Assembly (NCBI GenBank): GCA_964552595.1
Contig: CAZKHT010000001.1
Span: 1 to 41,481, forward strand
Direction: 5' to 3'
From: an uncultured Burkholderiales bacterium
Lineage (GTDB): Bacteria; Pseudomonadota; Gammaproteobacteria; Burkholderiales; Thiobacteraceae
Length of the DNA: 41,481 bases
The translations under genes were made by a program, and so were the position numbers. Position 1 is the first letter of the stretch, and every line of letters starts with the position of its first letter. The notes below the pieces were generated by a model. That model did not search any database. It saw nothing but the letters and a program-made list of their open reading frames with translations, and was not told the origin of the DNA. Below are positions 21,673 to 31,292 of this stretch, piece after piece.

Positions 21673-22730
21673 TTTTAGTCACCGGTGGTGCCGGGTTTAT
21701 TGGCGCGAACTTTGTCTTGGATTGGTTGGCGACTGAAAGTGAGCCGGTGATCAATTTAGACAAGCTCACCTATGCGGGCAATTTGGAAAATTTAGCCACG
21801 TTGAAAGGCGATGCGCGGCATATTTTTGTACGCGGCGATATCGGTGATAGTGCGTTAGTTGCGGGTTTGTTAAAACAGCATCGGCCGCGCGCGATTGTTA
21901 ATTTCGCGGCAGAGAGCCATGTCGACCGCTCCATACACGGCCCTGAAGATTTTGTGCAAACCAATGTGGTGGGGACCTTCCGTTTGCTGGAAGCGGTGCG
22001 CGCGCATTGGACTGGCCTGTCGGAAGAACAGCGTCAGGGCTTTCGCTTTTTGCATGTCTCTACTGACGAGGTGTATGGCTCCTTATCGGCGGAAGACCCG
22101 GCTTTTAGCGAGACCACGGCCTACGCGCCGAATAGCCCTTACTCGGCGTCTAAGGCGGCTTCGGATCATTTGGTGCGCGCTTATCATCACACCTATGGTT
22201 TGCCCATGCTGACTACGAACTGTTCGAATAATTACGGCCCTTATCAGTTCCCGGAAAAACTCATTCCTTTGATTATCCTCAACGCTCTGAAAGGCAAAGC
22301 GCTGCCGATTTACGGCGACGGCTTGAACGTGCGTGACTGGTTATATGTGGGTGATCATTGCAGCGCGATACGCGCGGTATTAAAACAAGGACGGCGGGGG
22401 GAGACCTATAACGTCGGCGGCCGCAACGAGATGGCCAATATCGAGGTGGTCAAAACCGTATGCGCGCTGCTGGACGAAATGCAGCCCGGCGCTCAGCCTT
22501 ACGCTTCCTTGATTACTTATGTGCAAGACAGATTAGGCCATGATAGGCGCTACGCCATAGACGCCCGCAAAATCGAACGCGAGCTCAGCTGGCAACCGGC
22601 TGAAACCTTCGAGACCGGCATACGCAAAACCGTCGCCTGGTATCTGGCGCATCAAGACTGGGTCGCCCATGTCGCCAGCGGCGAATATCAGCAATGGGTA
22701 GACCAGCAATACGGGAGCGCACACGCATGA
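21669..22730 (+). CDS. rfbB: dTDP-glucose 4,6-dehydratase
   Basis: [34 protein letters not shown] and [11 protein letters not shown]. It has an ATGA overlap with the upstream gene. Confidence 0.93.
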   Translation: MILVTGGAGFIGANFVLDWLATESEPVINLDKLTYAGNLENLATLKGDARHIFVRGDIGDSALVAGLLKQHRPRAIVNFAAESHVDRSIHGPEDFVQTNVVGTFRLLEAVRAHWTGLSEEQRQGFRFLHVSTDEVYGSLSAEDPAFSETTAYAPNSPYSASKAASDHLVRAYHHTYGLPMLTTNCSNNYGPYQFPEKLIPLIILNALKGKALPIYGDGLNVRDWLYVGDHCSAIRAVLKQGRRGETYNVGGRNEMANIEVVKTVCALLDEMQPGAQPYASLITYVQDRLGHDRRYAIDARKIERELSWQPAETFETGIRKTVAWYLAHQDWVAHVASGEYQQWVDQQYGSAHA

Positions 22731-23602
22731 AAGGCATCGTCCTCGCCGGCGGCTCCGGCACGCGCTTGTATCCGGTGACCCATGCGGTGTCTAAGCAGCT
22801 CTTGCCGGTCTACGACAAGCCCATGATTTACTATCCGCTCAGCACGCTGATGCTGGCGGGCATACGCGATATTTTGATTATCTCCACCCCGCAAGACACG
22901 CCACGCTTCGCGCAGCTATTGGGCGACGGCAGCCAATGGGGCTTGAACATCCAATGTGCGGTGCAGCCCAATCCCGAAGGCATCGCCCAGGCCTTCCTCA
23001 TAGGTGCGGATTTCATAGGTGACGATGCTTGCGCATTGGTATTGGGCGACAATATTTTTTACGGCCACGAATTGGCCGATGATCTCAAGCGTGCTGCCGC
23101 AAAAACCAGCGGCGCCACGGTATTCGCCTACCCGGTTACCGACCCCGAGCGTTATGGCGTGGTGGAATTCGATGCGCAAGGCCGTGCGCTGTCCATAGAA
23201 GAAAAACCCAAGGCGCCAAAATCCCGTTACGCCGTGACGGGGCTTTATTTCTACGATAAGGAAGTTGTCGATATCGCCAGAAATTTAAAACCCTCGGCGC
23301 GCGGCGAGCTGGAAATCACTGACGTGAACTTGGCGTATTTAGAACGTGGCGAACTCGATGTACAAGTCATGGGTAGAGGCATGGCTTGGCTGGATACGGG
23401 GACGCATGAATCCTTGCTTGAAGCCTCGCAATTTATCCAAACCATAGAACGTCGCCAGGGACTAAAGGTGGCCTGCCCGGAAGAAATCGCGTATCGCATG
23501 GGGTATATCGATGCGGAGGCGCTGAAGCGTCTGGCGGCGACATTGGGGAAGAGCGCGTATGGCGGATATTTATTGGGTTTGCTGGATGAAAGGGTGTTTT
23601 GA
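22727..23602 (+). CDS. rfbA: glucose-1-phosphate thymidylyltransferase
   Basis: [36 protein letters not shown]. The ATG overlaps the rfbB stop (ATGA). The longest ORF (22694) is an artefactual N-terminal extension. Confidence 0.93.
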   Translation: MKGIVLAGGSGTRLYPVTHAVSKQLLPVYDKPMIYYPLSTLMLAGIRDILIISTPQDTPRFAQLLGDGSQWGLNIQCAVQPNPEGIAQAFLIGADFIGDDACALVLGDNIFYGHELADDLKRAAAKTSGATVFAYPVTDPERYGVVEFDAQGRALSIEEKPKAPKSRYAVTGLYFYDKEVVDIARNLKPSARGELEITDVNLAYLERGELDVQVMGRGMAWLDTGTHESLLEASQFIQTIERRQGLKVACPEEIAYRMGYIDAEALKRLAATLGKSAYGGYLLGLLDERVF

Positions 23603-23742
23603 GCGCCGCCCCCGATAATTCCACTCTGGTGGACGATGCTGATATAGAAGATGTGTCGGCGTTCGAGTGGCAGTCGGGCGCGGGCGGTATTCGCGGATTG
23701 TTCCGTACTATCGGCCGTGTAATGCAGCGTAAACGATTTTAG

Positions 23743-24390
23743 TTGGCGGTGCTCTTGCTGATTGCGATGATCATCGCAATCTATGCGCAACGCCAAGGCT
23801 ATATTTCTTTTGCCGCTACACTGGCTTTTTTGCACAGCCATCCCGTGTTTGCCCCTATCGCATTTGTTGTGCTTTACGCATTGCTATCTTTGCTTTTGGT
23901 GCCGACCTTACCGCTAAATTTAGCTGCGGGCGTTTTATGGGGGTGGTTTTGGGGAACCGTCTTGGCGCTCTTCGGTGTCGTTGTAAGAGCGAGTATCGCT
24001 TTTCTTATCGCCCGCTATTTGGGTAGAGACTTCGTCTCACGTCGATTGCAAGGGCGCGCCTGGCAACTCTTATGGCAGACCATAGAGAGTAGAGGCTGGA
24101 AGGCCGTCGCGTTTGCGCGTGTGAATCCCATCTTTCCCTCAGCACCACTTAATTACTTTTTCGGGCTCACTGCGATACGATTCTGGCCGTATTTTTTTTC
24201 TACCCTACTATTTATTTTACCGCCCTCCTTATTTTTTTCCCTGCTCGGCGACTCACTGGGCGGGATCGTATTAAATGGAGCGGCGAAAAACCTCGTGAGC
24301 GAAGTCCTTCTAGCATCCGCCGCGCTCTCGGGTTTAGTGGCGCTCAAACTTACATTTCAATATCTCGCTAAGAAAAATTCATTCGAATGA
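23743..24390 (+). CDS. TVP38/TMEM64 (DedA/SNARE-associated) family membrane protein
   Basis: 215-aa polytopic protein with ARYLGRDFV, AFARVNPIFPSAPLNYFFGLT and multiple hydrophobic helices. It has a TTG start and an ATGA overlap with the next gene. Confidence 0.7.
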   Translation: MAVLLLIAMIIAIYAQRQGYISFAATLAFLHSHPVFAPIAFVVLYALLSLLLVPTLPLNLAAGVLWGWFWGTVLALFGVVVRASIAFLIARYLGRDFVSRRLQGRAWQLLWQTIESRGWKAVAFARVNPIFPSAPLNYFFGLTAIRFWPYFFSTLLFILPPSLFFSLLGDSLGGIVLNGAAKNLVSEVLLASAALSGLVALKLTFQYLAKKNSFE

Positions 24391-25094
24391 AAATAACGCT
24401 ACTCGTCCTTACCTGGGACGAACTCGAGGGTATGAAAACGATTATGCCTCGAGTGAAAAGGGAATGGTGTGATCAAATTATTATCTTGGACGGGGGTTCC
24501 ACCGACGGTACCGTGGAATGGGCGCGAGAGCAGGGATATTTTGTATACGTGCAAAAAAAGCCTGGTTTTCGCCACGCTTACAATGAGGTAATTCCCTATA
24601 TCGAAGGCGATGTCGTGATTACGTTTAGCCCGGACGGAAATTCGATTCCCGAGTTGATTCCGGAGTTGATAGCCAAGATGCAAGACGGCTACGATATGGT
24701 CATCGTGTCGCGCTATCTTGGCGACGCGAAAAGTGAGGATGATGACGTCGTAACCAGTTTTGGCAATTGGTTCTTTACGCGCTCCATCAATTTTCTGCAT
24801 GGCGGCAAATACACGGACGCAATGGTGATATTCCGCGCCTATAAAACGCAACTGATCCACCAGCTCGATCTTGCGAAAGAAGAGGGATATCGTTTGGCGG
24901 AAAAGCTTTTTTTCACTCGTATTAGCTGGGAGCCCTTGCTCTCGGTAAGAGCCGCGAAAAAGCAGCTGAAAGTGGCCGAAATTCCTGGCGATGAGCCACC
25001 GCGTATAGGTGGCGAGCGGAAGCTCAAAATATTACAGTGGGGAGCCGCGTATTATTTTCAATTTATACGCGAAGTTTTTTGTTGGCGAAATTGA
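24387..25094 (+). CDS. family 2 glycosyltransferase (polyprenyl-phosphate glycosyltransferase-like)
   Basis: 235 aa with IIILDGGSTDGT, ITFSPDGN and VIVSRY. No obvious C-terminal TM helices. Confidence 0.72.
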   Translation: MKITLLVLTWDELEGMKTIMPRVKREWCDQIIILDGGSTDGTVEWAREQGYFVYVQKKPGFRHAYNEVIPYIEGDVVITFSPDGNSIPELIPELIAKMQDGYDMVIVSRYLGDAKSEDDDVVTSFGNWFFTRSINFLHGGKYTDAMVIFRAYKTQLIHQLDLAKEEGYRLAEKLFFTRISWEPLLSVRAAKKQLKVAEIPGDEPPRIGGERKLKILQWGAAYYFQFIREVFCWRN

Positions 25095-25151
25095 CTGTTT
25101 GACGATAGTGACGTGAAGTTAGGCGCTGAATTGTTCTGAGAAGCTTCCACG

Positions 25152-25157
25152 TATAAT
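25152..25157 (+). promoter_or_regulatory. candidate -10 box upstream of gmd
   Basis: Perfect TATAAT 27 nt before the gmd ATG, in the 89-nt gap after the GT2 gene. The best -35 candidates are poorly spaced: TTGTTC at 15 nt and TGAATT at 19 nt. Confidence 0.25.
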
Positions 25158-25183
25158 CGTTATTTTGTAGACGGAAAAGTTTA

Positions 25184-26269
25184 ATGACTAAAGTTGCGCT
25201 CATTACCGGTGTCACCGGACAAGACGGTGCCTACCTTGCTGAATTCTTGCTCCATAAAGATTATGAAGTGCACGGCATTAAACGCCGCACCTCCCTCTTT
25301 AACACCGACCGCATAGATCATCTCTATCAAGACCCGCATATGCAGGGCCGCAAGTTCGTTTTGCACTACGGGGATATGACGGATTCGAGTAGCTTGATTC
25401 GGATTATTCAGCAGGTCCAACCGGACGAAATTTATAACCTCGCCGGGCAAAGTCCTGTGGCCGTTTCCTTCGAGGACCCGGAATACACCGCGAACTCGGA
25501 TGGCGTAGGGACCTTTCGGGATCTCGGAGCGATTCGAATTTTGGGTTTGGAAAAAAAGACCCGCTTCTACCAGGCCTCCACTTCCGAATTGTTTGGTAAG
25601 GTGCAAGAAATCCCGCAACGCGAAACCACGCCGTTTTATCCGCGCTCACCTTACGCCGTGGCTAAGCTTTACGCCTATTGGATCACAGTGAACTATCGCG
25701 AAGCCTATGGCATGTATGCCTGCAACGGGATTCTTTTCAATCACGAATCCCCGGTACGCGGCGAAACTTTTGTGACGCGTAAAATTACGCGGGCGCTGGC
25801 GCGTATCAAACTTGGCCTGCAGGATTGCCTTTACCTAGGCAACTTGGACGCTAAACGGGACTGGGGTCATGCAAAGGATTATGTGGAAATGCAGTGGCTG
25901 ATGTTGCAACAGGACATGCCTGAAGATTTCGTGATCGCGACCGGACAACAGCAAAGCGTCCGTGATTTTGTGAATGCGGCGGCGGAGGAATTAGGAATTA
26001 AGGTCAACTGGGACGGTAAAGGCGTAAATGAAAAAGGCTATGCAGAAAATGGTAATTGTATTGTCGCAGTCGATGCCCGCTATTTTCGGCCGACCGAAGT
26101 CGAAACCTTGCTAGGTGACGCAAGTAAGGCGAAAGAGAAGCTAGGCTGGGTACCTAAGATTACTTTCAAAGAACTCGTCGCTGAAATGGTGCGAGAAGAC
26201 TTAAAGGCAGCGGAGCGGGATGAACTGATAAAGAAGCATGGCTTCTCTACCTTCGATTACCACGAGTAA
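25184..26269 (+). CDS. gmd: GDP-mannose 4,6-dehydratase (long, E. coli-type)
   Basis: Near-colinear with E. coli Gmd: [67 protein letters not shown] and [11 protein letters not shown] few atypical residues are described in the findings. Confidence 0.9.
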   Translation: MTKVALITGVTGQDGAYLAEFLLHKDYEVHGIKRRTSLFNTDRIDHLYQDPHMQGRKFVLHYGDMTDSSSLIRIIQQVQPDEIYNLAGQSPVAVSFEDPEYTANSDGVGTFRDLGAIRILGLEKKTRFYQASTSELFGKVQEIPQRETTPFYPRSPYAVAKLYAYWITVNYREAYGMYACNGILFNHESPVRGETFVTRKITRALARIKLGLQDCLYLGNLDAKRDWGHAKDYVEMQWLMLQQDMPEDFVIATGQQQSVRDFVNAAAEELGIKVNWDGKGVNEKGYAENGNCIVAVDARYFRPTEVETLLGDASKAKEKLGWVPKITFKELVAEMVREDLKAAERDELIKKHGFSTFDYHE

Positions 26270-26271
26270 AT

Positions 26272-27228
26272 ATGGAGTATAACGCACGGATTTTTGTCGC
26301 GGGTCATCGCGGCTTAGTCGGATCCGCGATACTGCGGCAGCTTCAGGCGCGTGGCTACACGAAGTTAATCACGCAGAGTCACGCTGAGTTGGATTTGACG
26401 GATCAAAAGGCCGTTCAGGATTTCTATCTGAAGTTTCAACCCGAATATGTTTTTATTGCGGCGGCAAAAGTGGGCGGTATTCACTCGAATAATACTTATC
26501 CTTCGGATTTTATTTATCGCAATCTCATGATAGAGAGTAATTTGATTCATGGGGCGTATCAGCATGGTGTGAAGAAATTATTGTTCTTAGGCTCGACCTG
26601 TATTTATCCCAAGCTCGCCCCCCAGCCCATGCAGGAAAAAGATTTACTTACGGGCCCGCTAGAGCCCACGAACGAGCCCTACGCCGTGGCTAAAATTGCG
26701 GGCATTAAAATGTGCTCTGCCTATAACCGTCAATACGGCACGAATTTCATGAGCGTTATGCCGACAAATTTGTATGGGCCGAATGATAATTACCATCCTG
26801 AAGATTCGCATGTTTTGCCTGCTTTAATTCGACGCATTCATGAAGCTAAATAACGAGTTGATACGGAAGTGGTGGTTTGGGGGACCGGCAATGCCCGGCG
26901 TTAATTTATGGCCAGTGATGACATGGGTGATGCCTGTTTATTCTTGATGGAAAAATATAGCGCCGACGACATTGGCGAATTTATCAATATAGGAGTAGGC
27001 GAGGACATCACAATTCGCGAGCTAGTTGAGCAAGTAGCAAAAACCGTGGGCTTCGGTGGCGAGATTGTATTCGATAGCACCAAACCCGATGGCGCGCCGC
27101 GTAAATTCGTCGACAGTACGCGGCTAACGCATTTAGGCTGGCGCCCGAAAACAAAATTCGACGAAGGGCTACGAGCGGCGTATCAGGATTTTTTGCATTC
27201 CTTGCGCAATGGCTCCGCACGGTTATGA
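26272..27228 (+). pseudogene. fcl: GDP-L-fucose synthase (fcl/wcaG) interrupted by two in-frame TAA codons
   Basis: ORFs 26272..26853 and 26908..27228 share one frame. Read-through gives ..HEAK*RVDTEVVVWGTGNARR*FMASDDMGDAC.., colinear with Fcl. The stops are at 26851-26853 and 26902-26904. Confidence 0.8.
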
Positions 27229-28196
27229 GTTCCGTGACCTCATTAGGACGTAAGCGAATTCTGGTAACCGGTGTCGCCGGCTTTTTGAGTTCGCATCTGT
27301 GCGAGCGTTTATTGAATGATGGCCACGATGTGTTGTGCGTGGATAATTTTTATACGGGTACTAAAGACAATATTGTTCACCTCATCGAAAATCCACATTT
27401 CGAAATGATGCGGCACGATGTCACTTTCCCCCTATACGTCGAAGTGGATGAGATTTATAACCTAGCCTGTCCCGCCTCCCCTATACATTATCAATTCGAT
27501 CCAGTGCAAACCACCAAGACCAGCGTGCACGGCGCGATAAATATGTTGGGCTTGGCCAAGCGCGTTAAAGCGAAAATATTTCAGGCCTCCACCAGCGAAG
27601 TGTATGGCGATCCCCAGGTGCATCCGCAAACTGAGGATTATTGGGGTCATGTCAATCCTATCGGTCTGCGCTCTTGTTACGACGAAGGCAAACGCTGCGC
27701 AGAAACTTTATTTTTTGATTATCACCGGCAGCATGGTTTGAATATAAAGGTCGCTCGGATCTTTAACACCTACGGCCCTCGCATGCATCCTAATGATGGC
27801 CGTGTGGTGTCTAATTTTATTGTGCAAGCACTCAAGGGCGAGGCCATTACGATTTATGGCGATGGCACGCAGACGCGGTCATTTTGTTATGTGGATGATT
27901 TGATCGAAGCGTTCGTGCGCTTGATGGCAACACCGGACTCCGTGGTCGGCCCCATGAATGTAGGCAACCCGGGTGAATTCAGCATACGCGAGTTGGCGGA
28001 GACAGTAATTGAGATGACGGGTTCTAAAGCCACGCTAGAATTTAAACCGCTGCCTAGTGATGCTCCCTTGCAGCGCTGTCCAGATATAGGTCTCGCGCGG
28101 CAGGTTCTGAAATGGGAACCCAAGATCGCCTTGCGTGAAGGCTTAAGCAAAACAATAAGCTATTTTGATACGCTTTTGCGTGCCGGCAATGCTTAA
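27225..28196 (+). CDS. UDP-glucuronate decarboxylase (UDP-xylose synthase)
   Basis: [66 protein letters not shown] and [12 protein letters not shown] are colinear with UXS enzymes. It has an ATGA overlap with fcl. Confidence 0.88.
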   Translation: MSSVTSLGRKRILVTGVAGFLSSHLCERLLNDGHDVLCVDNFYTGTKDNIVHLIENPHFEMMRHDVTFPLYVEVDEIYNLACPASPIHYQFDPVQTTKTSVHGAINMLGLAKRVKAKIFQASTSEVYGDPQVHPQTEDYWGHVNPIGLRSCYDEGKRCAETLFFDYHRQHGLNIKVARIFNTYGPRMHPNDGRVVSNFIVQALKGEAITIYGDGTQTRSFCYVDDLIEAFVRLMATPDSVVGPMNVGNPGEFSIRELAETVIEMTGSKATLEFKPLPSDAPLQRCPDIGLARQVLKWEPKIALREGLSKTISYFDTLLRAGNA

Positions 28197-28333
28197 TAAA
28201 GTTGTGCGCATTTCTTACGTTGGTGATGCGGGTCCCATCTGCTGTGATGGCGACACACATCCCATGAATGACCCAGCGATGGACGAGATCGTCGCTTTCT
28301 CACCCTTGATGGCTTAAGCCGGCGCCTCGGTAT

Positions 28334-30157
28334 ATGTGCGGCGTCGTCGCGGTCTACGCTTATAACACGCATAGCGCACCGATAGATTCAAGCTCGGTAT
28401 TGCAGGCCCGCGACCGAATGCAAAGCCGCGGTCCCGATGGCGCGGGCTTGTGGATGACGCAAGATCAACGCGTCGCCTTAGCGCACCGGCGCCTCTCCAT
28501 CATTGACCTTAGTGAAAACGGCAGCCAACCCATGATGAGTGCCGATGGCATGCATTGCATCAGCTTCAACGGGGAAATCTATAATTACCGTGAACTGCGG
28601 TGTGAGTTAGAGCAACAAGGGCGCCAATTTCGATCGGATTCCGATACCGAAGTGCTCTTGCATCTGTATGCCGTCGTTGGCCGGGAGATGTTGCATAAAT
28701 TACGGGGTATGTTTGCCTTTGTGATCTGGGACGCCAGTCGACGTGAAGTATTTGCGGCGCGCGATCCCATGGGCATTAAACCCTTGTACTACGCAGATAC
28801 CGGCGGCAGTTTGTGGCTGGCCTCTCAAGTGAAAGCGCTACGCGATTTGCCTGCGATAGATGTACGCCCAGACCCCGCCGGCTATGCGGGATTTTTTTTG
28901 TGGGGCTCGGTGCCGGAGCCTTATACGACTTTTCGCGGCATTCGCGCTTTGCCTGCGGGATGCAGCTTGGTGCAAGGCTCCGATACGGCACTACGCATTC
29001 AACGATATTTTGATTTGCCCAGTGAAATTAGCCAGGCTTGCGCGAGGCCGCTCCTGCGCGTAGAAGAGGCGCGCGAATGGTTGCGGGCAGCAGTGTTGGA
29101 TAGCGTGAAACATCATCTGATCGCAGACGTGCCGGTCGCGGTGTTTCTGTCTTCCGGGATAGATTCTTGCGCTCTCGCGGCCTTGGCTTGCGAAGGGAGT
29201 AGCTTGCCCCCGCGTTCTTTTACGCTAGGTTTCGAAGAGTTTCGCGGGACGAGCGCCGATGAGGTGCCACTCGCGGAAAAACTCGCCGCCAGATTAGGCA
29301 TGCCACACACTACGGCTTGGGTTAAGCGCGAGCAATTTCAAGCCGCATCTGCTGCATTATTCGAAGCGATGGACCAGCCGACGATAGATGGCGTCAATGT
29401 TTATTTTGTTGCGCAACAAGCGGCACGCCATGGACTCAAGGTTGCGTTGTCCGGCCTGGGTGGTGATGAATTATTTGCGGGCTATCCCAGTTTTCAGGAT
29501 CTGCCACGCATGGTGCGCTGGTTACGCCCAGCGGCCAACCTGCCGGCGCTGGGACGGTGGTTTCGGCAAAGCAGTGAAGCATTTTTGGCATCACGTACTT
29601 CGCCGAAATATGCGGGCCTGCTCGAATATGGAGGCACGCTGGCCGGCGCGTATCTGCTCCGGCGCGGCATGTTTATGCCCTGGGAACTGCCTCGGGTGAT
29701 GGACCCGGAAAGTGCGCGAGAAGGTTTGGAGAGTTTGCACACATTGGCCAAATTAAATCAAACCATCCCTAAAGATACATCCTCGCAGCGTGCGATATCC
29801 GCGTTAGAGCTGAGTTGGTATATGCGCAACCAGTTGTTGCGTGATGCGGACTGGGCCGGGATGGCACACTCCTTGGAGATACGCCTGCCTTTGGTTGATA
29901 TCACGCTATTGCGGGCCTGGGCGACCATAGCTGCACGCTATCCGGGCTTGAATAAAGGCGACTTGGCTGCGGCTCCTGCTAACGCACTTCCACCTGCAAT
30001 TATTTCTCGTCCGAAAACCGGGTTTAGCGTCCCCGTGCGTGATTGGATTGGGCTTGGTCATATAGGTGAACGGGGTCTGCGAGGCTGGGCCAGACACGTA
30101 GCGCAGCGCGTCGCACCCATTGCCCATTCTGTTTTTTTTGAAGGCGTCTCCGAATGA
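28334..30157 (+). CDS. asparagine synthase (glutamine-hydrolysing) family amidotransferase, glycan-cluster type
   Basis: N-terminal MCG nucleophile, RRLSIIDLS, FNGEIYNY, SDTEV and the PP-loop FLSSGIDS. 607 aa. Confidence 0.88.
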   Translation: MCGVVAVYAYNTHSAPIDSSSVLQARDRMQSRGPDGAGLWMTQDQRVALAHRRLSIIDLSENGSQPMMSADGMHCISFNGEIYNYRELRCELEQQGRQFRSDSDTEVLLHLYAVVGREMLHKLRGMFAFVIWDASRREVFAARDPMGIKPLYYADTGGSLWLASQVKALRDLPAIDVRPDPAGYAGFFLWGSVPEPYTTFRGIRALPAGCSLVQGSDTALRIQRYFDLPSEISQACARPLLRVEEAREWLRAAVLDSVKHHLIADVPVAVFLSSGIDSCALAALACEGSSLPPRSFTLGFEEFRGTSADEVPLAEKLAARLGMPHTTAWVKREQFQAASAALFEAMDQPTIDGVNVYFVAQQAARHGLKVALSGLGGDELFAGYPSFQDLPRMVRWLRPAANLPALGRWFRQSSEAFLASRTSPKYAGLLEYGGTLAGAYLLRRGMFMPWELPRVMDPESAREGLESLHTLAKLNQTIPKDTSSQRAISALELSWYMRNQLLRDADWAGMAHSLEIRLPLVDITLLRAWATIAARYPGLNKGDLAAAPANALPPAIISRPKTGFSVPVRDWIGLGHIGERGLRGWARHVAQRVAPIAHSVFFEGVSE

Positions 30158-30188
30158 AAGCATACCCTGTAAAGGTCGTCAGCGATCT

Positions 30189-31292
30189 ATGAGGGTATTA
30201 GCGCTAGTGACGGAAGCTTACGGGGGTCGCGGTGGCATAGCCCAATACTGCCGCGACGTGCTCGGCGTTCTCGAGGCGAGTCCAGAGGTTGAGCGCGTGC
30301 TGGTTTTACCTCGTCTAATTAGTGAACCGTTCGAGCAGCCTTCCCCCAAGATTAATTATCAAGTACAGGCTGCGACCGGGAAGTTGCGTTTCCTCTCGCA
30401 ATTGCTACGCGCTATCTTCAGCCGCGACCATTACGATCTCATTCTCTGCGGCCACGTGAATTTGTTGCCCTTGGCGTGGCTAGTGCGATTTCTCAGGGGA
30501 GGGGAGCTGGTGCTTTTAGTGTATGGCATCGATATTTGGACACGTCATAGCAATATATTGGTGCGCTACCTCCTGCCACGGGTCAATAAGTTGGTTTCGA
30601 TTAGCCACGTGACTTTAAATCGATTGCAGGGTTGGGCGGCAGTCGCGCGCATCCCGTCTTACGTTTTGCCCAATGCGATCAATATTGCGCAATATCGCCC
30701 GGGACCTAAGGATTCCACCTTGATTGAGCGCTATGGCCTCGGTGGCAAAAAAGTAATGCTTACACTCGGCCGCCTGTCCTCTAGTGAGCGCTACAAAGGG
30801 GTAGATGAAATCATGGAGGCATTGCCGGAACTCATGCGCCGATTGCCAGACATTGCCTACTTAGTAGTCGGGGATGGCGATGATCGTCCTCGTTTGCAAG
30901 AAAAGGCACGGCGTCTAAGTATTGAGGATAGGGTTATTTTTGCAGGATATGTTTCGGAAGAAGAGAAAATAAAACATTATCGCCTTGCCGATGCTTATGT
31001 GATGCCTAGTTCTGGCGAGGGGTTTGGGTTTGTATTTTTGGAGGCAATGGCGTGTGGCATACCCGTTGTCGCGGGGCGCGCAGATGGTGGCCGTGAAGCG
31101 CTGCGTGACGGCATGCTAGGAGAGCTCGTGAACCCGTCCGACGTGGAGGAATTAATTATTGCTATACTTCGCGCGATCAGTAAGCCGATCTCCGTGCCGG
31201 AGGGCCTGGCTTATTTTGCTTACCCAGAATTCTCCTGGCGCTGCCGGAAGATGGTATTAGGTATTATGGAAAACGAGAAAGCCGAATCATGA
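30189..31292 (+). CDS. family 4 (GT-B) glycosyltransferase
   Basis: MRVLALVTEAYGGRGGIAQY N-terminus and the EX7E region VMPSSGEGFGFVFLEAMACGIPVV. The longest ORF (30120) would overlap asnB and is not favoured. Confidence 0.85.
   Translation: MRVLALVTEAYGGRGGIAQYCRDVLGVLEASPEVERVLVLPRLISEPFEQPSPKINYQVQAATGKLRFLSQLLRAIFSRDHYDLILCGHVNLLPLAWLVRFLRGGELVLLVYGIDIWTRHSNILVRYLLPRVNKLVSISHVTLNRLQGWAAVARIPSYVLPNAINIAQYRPGPKDSTLIERYGLGGKKVMLTLGRLSSSERYKGVDEIMEALPELMRRLPDIAYLVVGDGDDRPRLQEKARRLSIEDRVIFAGYVSEEEKIKHYRLADAYVMPSSGEGFGFVFLEAMACGIPVVAGRADGGREALRDGMLGELVNPSDVEELIIAILRAISKPISVPEGLAYFAYPEFSWRCRKMVLGIMENEKAES

Noticed and set aside
23251-23841. 196-aa minus-strand ORF covering the rfbA 3' end, the spacer and the start of the DedA-like gene.
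   Set aside because: It is antisense to two supported genes, has low-complexity Ser/Ala/Arg content and no motif.
26851-26904. The idea that the two in-frame stops in fcl are recoded (selenocysteine, pyrrolysine or programmed read-through).
   Set aside because: Both are TAA. Sec uses UGA with a SECIS element and Pyl uses UAG. TAA terminates neighbouring genes normally. Pseudogene, split gene or sequencing error are the only explanations I can support.
30120-30188. Longer version of the first GT4 ORF, starting at 30120 (MPILFFLKASPNESIPCKGRQRS..).
   Set aside because: It would overlap the asnB-like gene by 38 nt. The extension is not GT4-like, whereas MRVLALVTEAYGGRGG at 30189 is a typical GT4 N-terminus.
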